NCBI GenBank assembly: GCA_012295275.1
Contig: CM022665.1
Location: forward strand, 12,462,001-12,526,000
Reading direction: 5' to 3'
From: Chrysomallon squamiferum
Taxonomy: Eukaryota; Animalia; Mollusca
Length of the DNA: 64,000 nt
Made by a program: the position numbers and the translations under genes. The stretch's first letter is position 1. The number at the start of each line of letters is the position of its first letter. This document shows positions 1 through 14,231 of the stretch, one piece after another. The notes under the pieces are model-generated. The model worked only from the letters and a program-made list of their open reading frames with translations, searched no databases and was not told the origin of the DNA.

Positions 1-153
1 GGAAACAAGACATTATTCATGTTTGATTTGATTTCTGAAAAATGTAACAAGTCAGCAGTTCACGTTGATGCTGCTCTGAATTGATAAGTATTGAATTTAA
101 TCTACAGGAGATTTTGTTTACAGACAGACATATAGACAGACATACAAATGGCT

Positions 154-191
<38 letters not shown>

Positions 192-604
192 TTGCATTTT
201 TATTTATTTAATGGAAATGGATGGATTAATATGTCGGTGAATAATCTGAATTGTTATTAAAAGAATCATCAGTCATTTCTTCGTAACGGTATTAAAGTAA
301 ATGGAAACTATCTTCAGTAACCATTTAATCGTGAAACAATGACCTTATTAATCCACAGTCTTCTTTATTCTACAGTTTAATGATATCTAAATATAGCTCT
401 AGATGCCTGATTTAATCACGTTAGACGTTAGAAAATCTATTTCTTAAAGATCCGTAGTATGCAAAACCTGTGAACAGGGGAAAAACCACCTAAGAAATGT
501 CTCTTCATTTAATTGAAACTTTACAAAACGGTTACTGAACACAATATAGGACAAACTTGTTCAGATGTCTAGTGATTACACTGTTATGTCTTTCACGTCG
601 TAAG

Positions 605-834
605 TCAGACAGAAGCCATGGTTAAAATGCCTGGAAATCTTCTTGTGTCAATGTTGTTGTAGCTGCTGCTGTCATTGTTGTTGTTTTTCTTGTTCTTGTT
701 CTTGTTGTGTTTAAATAGATGGTCATAAAATAAATTCATTAAGGATTTTTTGGCCATTTTGTACTTCTCATACTTTGAGTTACGTTGGACAATAGCATGG
801 AACAATCTTTGTGAACTGTGGACTTCGAATTTCC
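605..834 (-). pseudogene. Putative 3' exon of a minus-strand locus, possibly the degenerate start of a caspase catalytic domain
   Basis: Acceptor TTTTCTTTCTCAG precedes 834. One frame reads KFEVHSSQRLFHAIVQRNSKYEKYKMAKK, resembling the Y-x-M-x-x-x-P-R-G entry to a caspase p20 domain; it then decays into a CAA/AAG repeat. Assignment is by eye. Confidence 0.3.
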
Positions 835-1561
835 CTGAGAAAGAAAATCGCTAAAGTCTGATGAAAACATTTTGAACAAATTGTGAGTGCCATACGTCCT
901 AACACTGGACAGTTCCTCTTGAGCCACACAGATGTAGGGGAACATGATATCCACGTATGTTGCGGCTTGCTATCAATGAATTTGTCACGGTTGGGTTAGT
1001 TAAGAGACCCCAGAATGTTGCTTTTGCACCAAGACCTATAATACTGTTAAGATTGCCCTATAAGCTATCACAACTTAAGTTATTTAACTAACTTTGTAGC
1101 TTCGTGTTCCCTTGATCTGTTAATATCGGAGTCTGTATCAACTAAAGGCCTGTTTCAGTCGTTATCTGATGAAATCATACAAAAACAGAATTGTCCCTAA
1201 CCCCTTCAATGTTCAGCTGAAAATTATTTATTAAATACACTGAAAACAAGATAACCAAGTATTTTGGATAAATTTCTTTACTATCTTTATTATAGCATTC
1301 TAGTTGCGTCTTTTTTTATTTTTTTTTTTTTTTTATTTACTTTTTTTAAACAGTTTAAGTCGAAAACTTGCTTTTTCAAACACATTTCATTAAAAAATTT
1401 AAGCATAAATGAAATTAACAAAAACTTATTCATTTTCTATGACAACGATTAAAAGGTTAAATTCAGGACCATTTAAGCAAAACAGATATTTTTGTACTAT
1501 AAAAACACAACATAAAATACAAACGATTTCCTCCTGCATTAGTGACTGTGATCATCAGACA

Positions 1562-1594
<33 letters not shown>

Positions 1595-1599
1595 GTTAC

Positions 1600-1718
1600 T
1601 TTCCACTGATTCTATCTCCATCTTCTTCCGCTTTTGGGACCTTTTTTCTACCTACGTGTTCATCCGCCTCCGGGCCAGCTTTCCTCTCAACTTCCGTAAC
1701 TTGTGCGTCGGCTCTGAA
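1600..1718 (-). CDS. Putative internal exon (charged linker-like peptide) of the minus-strand locus
   Basis: GC-richer island bounded by TTCTTACAG| and |GTAACA; open frame FRADAQVTEVERKAGPEADEHVGRKKVPKAEEDGDRISG. Confidence 0.45.
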
Positions 1719-3443
1719 CTGTAAGAAGTATTCATACGCGTTACCTCTGCCTTGTGTTTGACATTTCCATTTGCTAAACTCGATTTAAATCCAGATTACT
1801 TGTCAGATAAATACAGTGTGATGTGTGTAGTAGGACAATAATAGAAATGTCCTTACTCTAACTCAGACAGAAAGGAAAGAACAATAATAGAAAAGTGAAT
1901 AGTGGGTGTAAGTTATGAAATATTAAAGACCTAAAAAATGAAAAGTACGGTAACAGAAAAGTAATGTATGTGTACGTTAAGAAAGACAAAAGATTCAAAG
2001 AAACTGCTATAAGTTTAAGGCAGATTAAGGTTGCAGGAGTTTACCGATAAGGATTTTATAAATTAATTAAAAGTTATGTTCAGATTTTTTCAAGAACTAT
2101 TATATTTATTACTTCTGTGATATTAATTTTGTTTATGCTTTTCATATATATATATATATATAGTTTTTCTGAGAAATATACGTGAATAAAGTCCAGATTT
2201 TGCAAGATATAACACTTCTAAAGTTAATTTCATCATAATAATGATTTGAAGGATCAGTTCAGTGGAGTCTTTTATGCGAACCTTCTCACAGGCAGGAAAA
2301 CATAACATGGCCTTTATTAGAGAAATTGTAGAACACTGGCAGGAACGGGAAATTGACAGACTGTCGCTCCATGTAGGATTAACCATTATGTATGTCAACA
2401 CTTTAAACACAGAAATAAATTGGCAGGAAGCTGGAACGGGATATTTACCTATTATCGCTCCAATAGTGTTATTCATGTCAATGTTCAAAACATTTAAATA
2501 AAGCCATATATAGGCCTACAGTGTGCTTTTGGTGAAGGGAAAACATTGCCTGAATGCATTTGAAATAATTCCATCTGTTTCATTTGTGTCAGAAGACGAA
2601 CATATTGTTCTTAGGCTATTTGTTCCGACTACACTCAGTCAAAGCCAAGTGACAAAATATTGTGTAATAAATATTCCTTATTTATTTGATAAAATAGAAC
2701 GCACGCCGTCACTCAAACACCAAGCCTAAGGGAGATAATTTCTGGTGATTTGTGTTAAATGAATAACACTTTGATTTGACAGCTTCAGTTCTATTAAAAT
2801 ACACTGATAACAGAAAATTAGTATTAGTAACCTTGTAATCAACATTTGATCTTTTCGTTTGAACTTGTATTATGTTGAAACCTCAGGGGAAAAGTAAATA
2901 AGTTAATCATCTTTTGCTTGATTCCGACTGGTGTGTGATGTTATACTAAAGGTATCATTTCAGAGAAATCCTTCACAAACCTAATCACTAATAATAGAGA
3001 TTAAAACAATCCGTCTTTAAAAAAAAAAAAAAAAAAAAGTACTTGTAATTAGTGCTTTAGGCAAAATATATTTACTCAACTCCAACTTTACCGCTCATGT
3101 TACCTATCTGCTTGCTTATATCAGTTTGAATCAAGGTAAATTTGTTTTAAGGAAATTGTTAACTTTCTGAAACCTTCGCTAGTAAATAAGTCATCACTGA
3201 AGTTTAGCAAAAGGCCAAATTAAATAAAACGTGACCTAAGTAACTTAAGCAAACTGCCACATGAGAGATATAAATATTGAGGTGCTGTTGTTGTTGTTTA
3301 TCTAAACAAAATACAAATACAGTTATTGAGATTTGTTACCATTTTGAGAATCCGCTAGAAAATACAAATATAATGTATATGAATTTAATAAGTGTAAATT
3401 ATATTAATATATGAATATCCGATGATTATAATTACAACATTTA

Positions 3444-3483
<40 letters not shown>

Positions 3484-4429
3484 TATTGCGAGAGTTCGTT
3501 TTTTCTGGGGGTTTTGTTGTTTTTGTTGCAGAGATAATATTTATGTTCTTTTCTGAACTTCAAACCTGTTTTGTTGATTGTTTATTTATTATTCTTATCA
3601 AACTGTTTAGTTTAGTGGAATTTCAGTTTTTGTTCTTTTGCTAATTTTGGTTTCATTTAGTTTTGTTTAGTTGTTTTTTTTTTGTTCTTTTTATTTGCTG
3701 GGTTTCGTTTTTTTCCTCTTTTTTTTTAGAAATTTATTTCTGATGTTCTGGATAATTTTTGTTCCTTTATTTTTCTGGGCTTTTTGGGGGGAGGTGGGGG
3801 TGTTTGATCTTTTTTTGTATTTACTTTTTATTACTTTTAACTTTTTAAATTTGTTTGCTTGTCTTCAATTGATTTGCATATTGTTTCTTTAAATATCAAT
3901 ATTGATATTACACATATCGTTTATTTATGAATTTAAAAAATATATTGCTTTTCAATTCTTTTTTAATTCTTTTTTCTTTTATTTCACTTTCTATTTTATT
4001 TTATTTTATTTATTTATTTATTTATTTATCTTTTATAATATTTAGCTAATATAAATTTAAAAAAATAACAAAAAAAACAACTAATTTTAAAAACTGATGA
4101 CTGCTTAATTTTTGTTTTCATTTTTCTTCTTTTTTTTATATATATATATTTTTTTTATCATGCTTTCGATTTTTCCTATCAGCAGTTGCTCCTCATTTAT
4201 GTACAGTCATATCGATCTTCCATGACTGAATTTAATAACTGTTTGTTAAATGTGTTATCTGCACGCCATTTTGTAATGTGAACATCACGAAATTTGAGAG
4301 TGACATTAAAAAAAGATATTTTTTCTTTTAAAAACATGAATTTTATTATTTCAGCAAATATCCATCAACTAATCAGGGATTCTTGAGGTTGTTTCTCCGA
4401 GTTCATGTAGTACTTATTTTCTCTTTTTA

Positions 4430-4745
4430 TATATTTATTATTATTACTACTACTACTGCTACTTCTAGTACGACTACGAATACGACTACGACTACTATTA
4501 CTACTACTATTAATATTATTAATATCATTATTATTATTATTATTACTATTATTACTACTAGTACTACGACGACGACTACTACTACTACTACTACTACTGC
4601 TGCGGCTGCTGCTACATTTAATATTATTAATATCATTATTATTACTACTACTACTATAACGACTACTACTACTACTATTATTAATATTATTATTATTATC
4701 ATCATCATCATCATTATTTTGTTTGTAATGTTGTTATTATCATTT
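4430..4745. repeat. Compound trinucleotide microsatellite (ATT/ACT/ACG/ATC)n
   Basis: Directly visible; source of the spurious poly-T/I/V ORFs. Confidence 0.95.
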
Positions 4746-4965
4746 TATGATGACATCACTGAACACTGAATGTTTTAAATATATTTTTGTTTTGTTTTTT
4801 AAATTAAGTTATTGTAAAATTTCTCATTTATCTATAATTATGTCTAATGACTGACTGACTGATTAGCTGGTTGCTTGGTGGTCTGGTTCACTGGATTCTT
4901 AGTTGACTTGTAGGTTGGTTGGTTGTTTGATTAATGACTGGTTGATTCATCGATCGACAGGTCAG

Positions 4966-5105
4966 TCTCCGGGTTAAATTATAATTAACATGTTTTGTAC
5001 CACTACAGAAAATACTCTTTAAATTATGTCTTGTTTATATGTTCTCAATACTGCACGCGGTGCAGTCTTTAGAGAAATAAACTTCTTGTCTTGTCTTGTC
5101 TTGTC
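4966..5105 (+). mobile_element. 3' tail of a LINE (L2/CR1-like) or LINE-mobilised SINE
   Basis: Stem-loop ACTGCAC-GCG-GTGCAGT (5050-5066) with outer TTCTC/GAGAA pairing, then AATAAA and a (CTTGT)n tail. The 5' boundary is approximate. Confidence 0.5.
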
Positions 5106-6075
5106 GGACCATTGATATTTAGTGATTTGTTCTGATCATATATATTTATTTTTATATATTTTGTACATATTTTGACCCCAATGTAAACTATCAATAAGTA
5201 CCAATTTAATTTGTTAAGTATATTCCTTTCATGCTGTTGCCGAAAGGTTTAATTATATGAAAAGGTTGGTGGTTTTGTTGTTGTTTTTGTTTGTGTGGGG
5301 TTTCTTCTCGGTTTTTTTTGTTGTTGTTGTTGTTGTTGTTTTGTTAGCTAGTCGGTTGCTAGGTAATATTACTGATTAATTAGATAAGCAGCTGGTTAGT
5401 AGGTCAGTTTGTTAGTTAGCTAAAACGTAGATTATTTTCTTTTTTAGTATGATCGTCAGCCGATTGGCTGTTTTATTATAATTATGTTTGGCGTGTGTCC
5501 GTATTTGTGTGTGTTTGTGTGTGTGTGTACATATATATATAAATTTATAAACTATAATCACCAGCCAAATCAGATTATTACAATGCCAAAACATCAACGA
5601 AGTGAGGTTACCAACATCACAAGAGAAAACTAGTATCTCTTAGCTGACATTAACAGCTAACGAATATATGATTAATCTACATCAAGTCGCCGTGTGCCCA
5701 ATATTCACGAAGAAAATGAGAACTTTTAATCATAAGTGTATTGCATCTTCAGAGGGCCGAGACCTCCTATCGATTCTCATTTGCTACGGTGACGGAAACA
5801 TGATACAGATGGAGATTCCGTCCCAAACACAAACATGATTTATTCTCGAATGATGTCTTCTTCATGAAAACCATTATGTTCAAAAAAGAAACATTAACTA
5901 GAAACTGGAGTATCTGGATTAACATGGAACTTCCAGAAAACAGTAATATCTATATATGTATGTATACATACGTACAAAAATACATGCATACATACATACA
6001 TACATACAACATACATACATACATACATACATACATACATACATACATACATAAATGTTAACTGTGTTTAGTAAT

Positions 6076-6330
<255 letters not shown>

Positions 6331-6835
6331 TCTAGGCTAAAAAAAAAGCGAGATAAAATACCTTTTCTATTTCTTTATTTTTTTCTCTACTTCTTTCCCT
6401 TTCTTTCTTTATCTGTCTATCTGCTGTCTATCTCTGTCACTGACTATAAAAATATCTGAATTTATAAAAAGAAAAAATATTATTATAAAATTATGAATAT
6501 AAGACAGAAGACTTAACTAGCGAAGATCACAGTCAGTTGTCTGAAGATCAAAAAGAGCTGATACTTCACATAAATAATATCATCCATCATTTTTCATTAC
6601 ACTACCAGGAAGAACTTTTTTCTGTCTTTCTTTCTTGTTTTTTGTTTTTTTGTTTTTTTTTCTTTTAAAATTTAAAAAAAGGAATTATCAAAATATTTTT
6701 CTTAAAACGTCTTACTCTTTGGTTGACAAACCAACCTAACACTGAAAATGTCAGAAGATTTGTGCCCGCAGCAATTGAGACTTAATAGGAAATTGAAGGA
6801 AGAAGACTTGATTTACGTACAACACGTAACTTTAC

Positions 6836-6932
6836 CTTGTCGCAGAGATAAATTTGTGATCTCAGGACTTGACATCGGATCCACATCGCAACCCCTGTAA
6901 CGACATCGACTGCAATATCGTTGAGAAATAAT
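6836..6932 (-). other. Putative exon of the minus-strand locus (duplicated at ~17346-17442)
   Basis: TTTCCAG| acceptor and AAG|GTAAAG donor. Two frames are open, so the frame is unresolved. Confidence 0.35.
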
Positions 6933-7373
6933 CTGGAAATGGTCTCTCCACTTTCCAAATGTCGTGCTTATTAAGCTAAAATCTTGTGTTTTGCAGCCAG
7001 AAGAATAGAGCTAAAGACTCGTTCGCTACGTAATTTTTCTTTAGAGATGGAAACAAAAGCTGAAGAAGTAATCAACTTGTTGTGCCTTTCTGTTGACCCG
7101 TGTTGACACAGCGTACAAGCTTATTTTCACTGAAAACCGTGTGAATATATTTGAATACAAATTATTCAAATGAGCAGTTTATGGAGGAATAACATGCTCG
7201 TTTGAAAATATTCTACACAAGCTAATAAATATATTACATGAAACGACCAGACATGTCTTAATGAATTACTTCCAACGAGAATGCTAAAGTGGCTTTAAGG
7301 TTTTTTTTAACCTAAGACTTATAAAGATCCATACAAACGTAGAGACAGACGGAAATTCCGATAAACACACGCA

Positions 7374-7404
<31 letters not shown>

Positions 7405-8210
7405 TATACATACATACATACATATATACATACATACATACATACATACATACATACGTATTTACATACGTATTTACACACAAACATGCATACATACATA
7501 CATACAAACAAACACACATACATACATACATATACACATACATGAAGTAAAACTCAAGACGAAACGACGTTCAAACTATTCTTTGAAATTGAGTACAAAA
7601 ATGTTAAAACCAAAATTAGATTAATGTGGTTAGTATCCACATTTACGCGTTAAAAGATTATTTCAGATAAGAAGAGTACTAAAAAGAACTTCAAAGTTTT
7701 AAATTAAATTCATTTTAGTCTTTTTAAATTCTTCTTCACGGCACAGAGATAAAACATCGGTTTAAAAAAAAAATGAACTTAAGAAACGTTTTTGATATCA
7801 CGTTGAGAAACACACTATGACTAAGAAATTGGATCTTACTCCGTTTCAAGCATTCTATTAAAAGCAAAATCACTTTGGCGTCAGTACATCTCCGAAATCT
7901 TTTCATTTAGAAAAATGGAATTCAGAAACAAATTTGTTTTGCTTCTATCTTACATCGAAATTACCAAAAGTAAACGATTCAGAAAAATGATTCCACCCAG
8001 TAATTTAAATTTAAGTTGTAATTACTTTCTCGACTTCCAGTTTTATGTTGTTTTGTTTCTTAGTTTGTTTGCCTTGATTTTCGTTGTTTAATAAACAATA
8101 AGATGGTGTATTATTGGTTTTATTTTTGTTTACTAGGTTAACGTTGCTGTTAATCTTTTTAAAAAAATATTTTAAAAATGGGAGAAAAAAACGACAACCA
8201 AAATGATCTG

Positions 8211-8560
8211 CAAGCCCGTACGGAGAGTTGGGTGCGACGGGTGGGTGGATATGCACCACCCTTGGTCTGCCGAGGTCCGCCATGAATGTCCGAATAGTCC
8301 GATGATATGAACTGTATGAGGTTTTCGCAGTTATAGTGGGTTTCATGACGTAATATGCAGCAGAAATGTGTGAAACGTGAACAGTGTCGTTAATTTTTCT
8401 GAGGATCCGCGTTGATAGACACTAACTTCATTATCTCCCTTGCCAGTTTACGTCGTTGAATGCTGGAAAATGCATTTTCTGCATTCTAGATTTTAAAAAG
8501 ATTACGAGGTGGTTGGGTAGATTCTCCCGTACTCTCTTACAAATCCGGCCCTTTGGGACA
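8211..8560 (+). mobile_element. Degenerate hAT-type MITE
   Basis: Starts CAAGCCCGTACGG...GGGTG...GCACCACCC; interior GAATGCTGGAAAATGCATTTT...CTAGATTTTAAAAA resembles common invertebrate hAT MITEs (from recall). Right TIR and TSD not resolved. Confidence 0.5.
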
Positions 8561-8854
8561 TCGATTACACACACACACTCACTCTCTTTTGGGGAGGGGG
8601 GTCTTTTTTCTTCTAGTTTTTTAGCTGTAGATACAGTTTGATTTCAGTTGAATTGCTAAACGGATGCATAGTTTTAAAAGAAATGGTTGCTTATAGCTAA
8701 CTGTAGAAAACCTGCATTATGCTAGATCGATTGCAGTACTCATCGGAGCTTGAATTACATTATTTCCCGATCCAACCAGTATCGCTAACACCATATAATG
8801 GTAGATTAAAAATACATGGAGGTCGTCGTTTAAAACAATTATTTTCCTTTTTAC

Positions 8855-9238
8855 TTCGTTTGGAAATGTCCTTCGATATAATAATCTTCATGTTGTTATC
8901 GTTGCCTTTCTTCTAGATGACGTTATTAATATTTTCCCAATGTAATTATGTCACTGGCACATTGCAATATTATTTCTACAGACTTGGCCATCATCCCAGT
9001 GCAGTAGATTGTCATCAAACCGTACACGTCTTCAAAGATTTTCAGGATTCCCAAGAGAAATATACGGTCAAGTGTTGCCACATCCGAAGCCTAATTATAT
9101 TACCCAGTGATGCGGACCGCAATGAATCTAATGGTCAAAGGAACAATCCGTTCAGAAAGTTAAGTATCAAAAGATCCAGCACTATCGTAATAACACGAAT
9201 AGTGTGTAAAACTGGTTACGTCAAGCTGCTCTGATGAG
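8855..9238 (-). pseudogene. Putative disrupted exon (possible second death-effector-like domain)
   Basis: Strong acceptor TCTTTCTTATCTTCAG at 9239. All frames contain stops; fragments VLHTIRVITIVLDLLILNFL and LDRIFLLGILKIFE weakly resemble DED helices. Confidence 0.25.
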
Positions 9239-9741
9239 CTGAAGATAAGAAAGATAATGACGTTTATTCTAACACGAGAGATGAATTACGTCTGGAGATG
9301 TCTGTCCGAACGGTACTGAATTTCAGGACTTGGAAGTTAAGAGCACACATCAAATCAAATATTAAAATAACTGGCTGATAATTTGGAGTTGTAAAATTCT
9401 TTTTTGTAATCGGTGTTGTTTTTGTTGGTATTATGTTGTTTGTAGTTGTTGTAATCAGATTCTCATTGGTGATGTTACTGGTGTTATTAGACCTTTTTGT
9501 ATACAGGTTTATTCAAATGAGGACATTGTTATATTTTTTTCATTCCATTTTAGCAATTTCTTCTAGACAGTGCCGCTGCTGCTGCTGTTGTTACTGATGA
9601 TGTAGTTATCTGATACGTTTTCCTTTTTTATTACTGTTATTGTTCTCCTTTACTTTTTACTTTTCTCATTATTACTGGTACTTAGCATCGTTTGGTTTCG
9701 AAAAAGAAACTATCGGATCAAGTAACCTCTAAATCAAATAC

Positions 9742-10048
9742 CTTCAGATGAAAATCAGTATCTCTTCAGATCTTTGGCACATAAAATCACTGCCTCGGTT
9801 ATTACAGATAACCCGTTTTTCCCCGCGATATCTACACACACCCTTGGACGTGACAAGTACAAAATCATCTGCCACAACAAGTTTCGATTTTTGGTTTTCT
9901 GCCGGAGAAGTACTGAAGTTATTATCTCCTCTACAAACGTCTGTGATTTAATGTTTCTGACGCTTCCTTCTTGCTGAGTAAGACGTTTATCGAGGAGATC
10001 AACAAGTGATTCGAATAGGACGTTACAATTGACGTTTGGCATGTCATT
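9742..10048 (-). pseudogene. Exon containing a 95-aa ORF (9755-10042) with weak death-effector-domain resemblance, copy 1
   Basis: Acceptor CTTCCTCTCGATTCAG, ATG 6 nt into the exon, donor AAG|GTATTT. FESLVDLLDKRLTQQE and NRNLLWQMILYLSRP echo the first and last DED helices. The stop precedes the donor. Confidence 0.35.
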
Positions 10049-12217
10049 CTGAATCGAGAGGAAGAATTATTAACAAAATTCAGAAACTGTGTTTAGTTAA
10101 AGAGGTTTTAAAAAAAAAATAATAATCTTTAATATTACTGCTGGAGCACCGAACTCATTCTTTGTTTGATGGATTTGTCTGCAGACTTTAGGGAGACACG
10201 ATGATTGCGAAAATAATGATTCAGTGATTAAAGAAATAATATAATTATTAGCTGCTGAGATCGCGCATAAATTAATCTGCAATTACTGTTAGAATTAATT
10301 ACTGAATAGTTAATGTCACGAACTAGTAATTAATTATTAATATAAAACTGAATTCTTTAATTGTATTTCAATCATGTTTCAGTTATTTTATTTAAACTTA
10401 TTATTTTCTTATTTATCATACCAAGAATCCAAACAAACTGTCGTATCCATGATCATGTTAATAATAAAAAAAAATATCTAAGAAGTAGATCTCTTCAATG
10501 CATCATTTAGTTTCCAGGAACACGAACCTGATAATAATCTCAAAAATTCCTACCAAGTTTAGTATTTGTATACTAAAATTCAAAATTAATTAATTTATTA
10601 TAAGGAGACCATCGTTGTATAATTAATATTTATGTAAAGATTGTAAAATACACCAAATATTCTTAATTTCCTTAATCGCCAGTTTTAAGTTTTATTTTGG
10701 CTCATAATATTATTTTTATATTTTGTCATTAGCAAAGAATGGTGTTCATGAATAGACAAAGTTATCGCTTACAAAGATACAAAACACATTTTAATCACAT
10801 TATATTCATTTTGCATGTGTGTTTATATTTATGTTTTATATTATTTGACTGTTGAAGAGATCGCCTTGTTCCAGACTAGGAAGAAACTGGAAATAAACTG
10901 CTGAGATGCATATTTTAATTAAAAATATATATATATATGTTTTTTTTTCAAATCATCCGTATTCCAGTAATATCTACTCGGAGCAAACGAAAAAAAAAAA
11001 TCCGTTTCGTTTCGTGAAATATTTAATGAACTTAAAAGGTATTAAATGCATTTCTGTGAATGTTACATTATTATACATGGCAAATATCCACCCTCTGTGA
11101 CCATTAGAAATACAATATATTCTATTTCAGACTTTCTGGAAAGAAAAAACATTCAAGGCAAATGTTGCATTAATTTCTGGTTCAAAGTATATCCTAATAA
11201 AGGCTCGTGTTTTATGTCTTTTTATTTATATGTACAGAAGTACAAAAATATCTGATTTGGTTTAACAAATTTATTTACACAATGTCTCTATTCTGACTTT
11301 GAGATTATCAAAAGAAAACCAAAAATAAATACAATACAAAATTCATATTGATAAATAGAACACCTATTATTATTTTTTTTTTATTTTTTTTTGTCTTTAT
11401 AATTATAGTTGTTTTTGTTGCTCTTATTATTATTATCATCATTATCATTGCGAATAACTTTATTAATATCTTTTTCTTCTTCTTATAGTCGACATCATTA
11501 TCATTATTATGTTTTATCAGCATTTTCATTTCCTAAATATCTAAACAATGATGTCTATAATGACGAAGCTGATACTGATGACGACGTTGATGGAGGAAAC
11601 GATAACTCCTGTCATGTCGTAATTCCACGACAGTTAATACGAAAAAAAAAAAAAAAAAAAAAAAAAAAAACAAGGATATTTCTAAATTCACAAATGATTC
11701 ATTTTAAACAGATATTCTATATCTTTTCACTGGGTCATATCCAGGGCTCTTCCTTGAACCATACCCTTGCTTATCACTTAAAGCAATTTTCTAATTATTT
11801 ATGGGCACTTTTGGACTTTTTGCCATTTCTAATACCAATTTTCAGTGTATAATATAGCAAAACAACTCTACACAGCTCTAAGATGTTTTACTGTATTTTG
11901 CCATTAGTGTTGTTATATATGTTTAGTGTGACGTTTTCTATATTTCATGGCGTGTTATTTACTCCCTGTGATTAGAAAGTTTTACCCATGAGACAGTCAC
12001 AGAGACAGTTGTAACCATATCAAGAATTAAATCAGTTAATGTCAGTGATATGTGGTGTTTGTCGATGCCATGGGAGGCTGCTATCTTTATAAGGCAAGAT
12101 ATTTCTCTTTAAATTTCTTTAAGATTTTCTGTTCAGATGTTGTGTATATTGTTTCAGCCATATTAAGTAATATGAATACGTGTGTGTGTGTGTGTGTGTT
12201 TGTGTATTTGTGTATGT

Positions 12218-12260
<43 letters not shown>

Positions 12261-14200
12261 AATAAGATTTATTGTCTTTCATTTTGGTATACTACTAACA
12301 AGTTTGGCGCGTTTGATTTGTGTTTTCTTTTAATATTGCTTATTTGTCTACATGTTTGTTTTTTTGTACTGAAAGATGGTTTTTTATAGACAGATAGATA
12401 GAGAGACAGAGAAACTGATAGATAGATAGATATGTACATACATTTATACGTACGTACGTACATACCTACATACATACACTGACAGACAGAGAGATAGATA
12501 GACATACGTGTGTGCATATATAAAATTATTGGCGCAATCCATCCAGTTTGTTTCTCTGCGAGGGTAACTGTCAAACTGGATGAAACACTTTACAGTAGTC
12601 CCCGTCGGCATTTATGATGACGTTTCCAGAAACAAACCAGATAATATTTTAGTCCCAGTATAAACACTATAAAAGAGCAAAAGGAAAATGATACTTCCAT
12701 TTCTTCCAACAAAAAAAATGTAAAATAGATATATTAATATAATGAAACAAACCAAAAAATTGTTAACATTCTGCAGTTTTTGAAAACAAATATGATTATC
12801 AGTTACAAAAATGACAACAACACCAAAAACCATTTAAATAAATGAACATGAAACAAAAATATTTAAAAATAAGCTTTCGATTTGAATTTCACTTTGTCAA
12901 GTTTAATTATTTAGGTATATTGACGTTTGAGCTGATAAACATAATAACTTCCTTCTTGGTTCGTTCCTTAATGTGATGAGATCATTATAATGTTTTATTG
13001 ATTCACCGTCTTAGACTAACAGGTGGTTTGGTTCCTGAATTAGTCAAAGGACGCAAGAAATGCGATGCACTCTCTACCGTTAGCTGACGTCATACCTATT
13101 ACTAAGGACATGGTCAAAGAATAAAGGCTAAAGTATTATTGATTCCTGCTGCAAAGAGATGCGCTGGTCAAATTATTTTGGATAAAGCCGCATAACTGTG
13201 GCTCAGCACACATCCGTTCAAATGACAGAGAACAACTGACGTTCAAAGAAGAAAATTAATGAGTAAAATATGTCTATTTAGTTAAATACATTCAGCATTA
13301 TGTTTGTTATTATATCCTGATTATGAAAGGTTTCAATACTGTTGTATAAAATTATTTATTTAGAAACTGTTCTTAATTTTATTTATTTATTCATCCATTT
13401 GTTTGGTCGAGTTTGACATATTTAGGGATATAGTGGAATCGTTAACGGTTTATTTATTTGTTCTGCTTTCTTGCTTGCTTGCTTAGGTCTGTGTTTTTAT
13501 TGTTTTCCATAATGTTTTCGACTTTGTAAAGTCTACTATTCTTGTTTCATATATGGTCAGGTTGATGTTGAGGTTTTGTCTTCTTTTTTTTTTCTTTTTC
13601 TTTGGTTCTCCTCTTTATTTGTGTTACTATTCTGCTTCTTCATTATCGTCATCGTCATCGTCATCTTCATCTTTCAGCCAATAACCATCAAACAACCTAT
13701 CTCTTTCTATTCTCCTGTCATGTTCATTAACTAAAGAAAATAATATTAAAATCGTACGTGTTTTTAGAAACTTCCAGAACCCTAAAAGATCCATATAAGC
13801 TTCCTTGTCCATCATAATCAGTCGTGGAGCAACAATTTACGTAAAACATCCCAGGGCTCTGAAGGACATCTTGCATCACTTCATTGTCCTAATTCAACCA
13901 CCTGTATTAATTCATGATAAAGTTTCAACAGTCTCAGTGACCCATCTTCAGGGCAAGACAATCCAATTACACAGAGTATCTGACAGCAACCACCATGACA
14001 AATAGACCTGCCTCTTCAGGCTCTATGCCAAATTGGATTCTGGGATATAAAAATAAAATGGCAGCCACAACACTGCTGAGTAACTTGGAATGACACTGTT
14101 TAATATGCACAAGCAATGCCCAAGGCTATGTGCAGTTTCGCGGTCGGTGAATTGAATTCGCTTTGTTGATAAAGAAAATGTTAAAAGGAATCGAACGTCA

Positions 14201-14231
<31 letters not shown>

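Noticed and set aside
4383-4769. Poly-Thr/Ile/Val ORFs and the many CVCV/YIHT/SLSL/ERER ORFs elsewhere
   Set aside because: Translations of microsatellites; no coding signal.
8011-8346. 111-aa minus-strand ORF (and its copy at 18518-18853)
   Set aside because: Overlaps a MITE-like end and runs into low-complexity DNA; no recognisable protein.
8917-9234. 105-aa plus-strand ORF
   Set aside because: No recognisable motif; the neighbouring exon-like islands carry minus-strand splice signals.
9225-9270. CTGATGAG...GAAA hammerhead-like core
   Set aside because: No stem II or stem III pairing; it coincides with a minus-strand splice acceptor.
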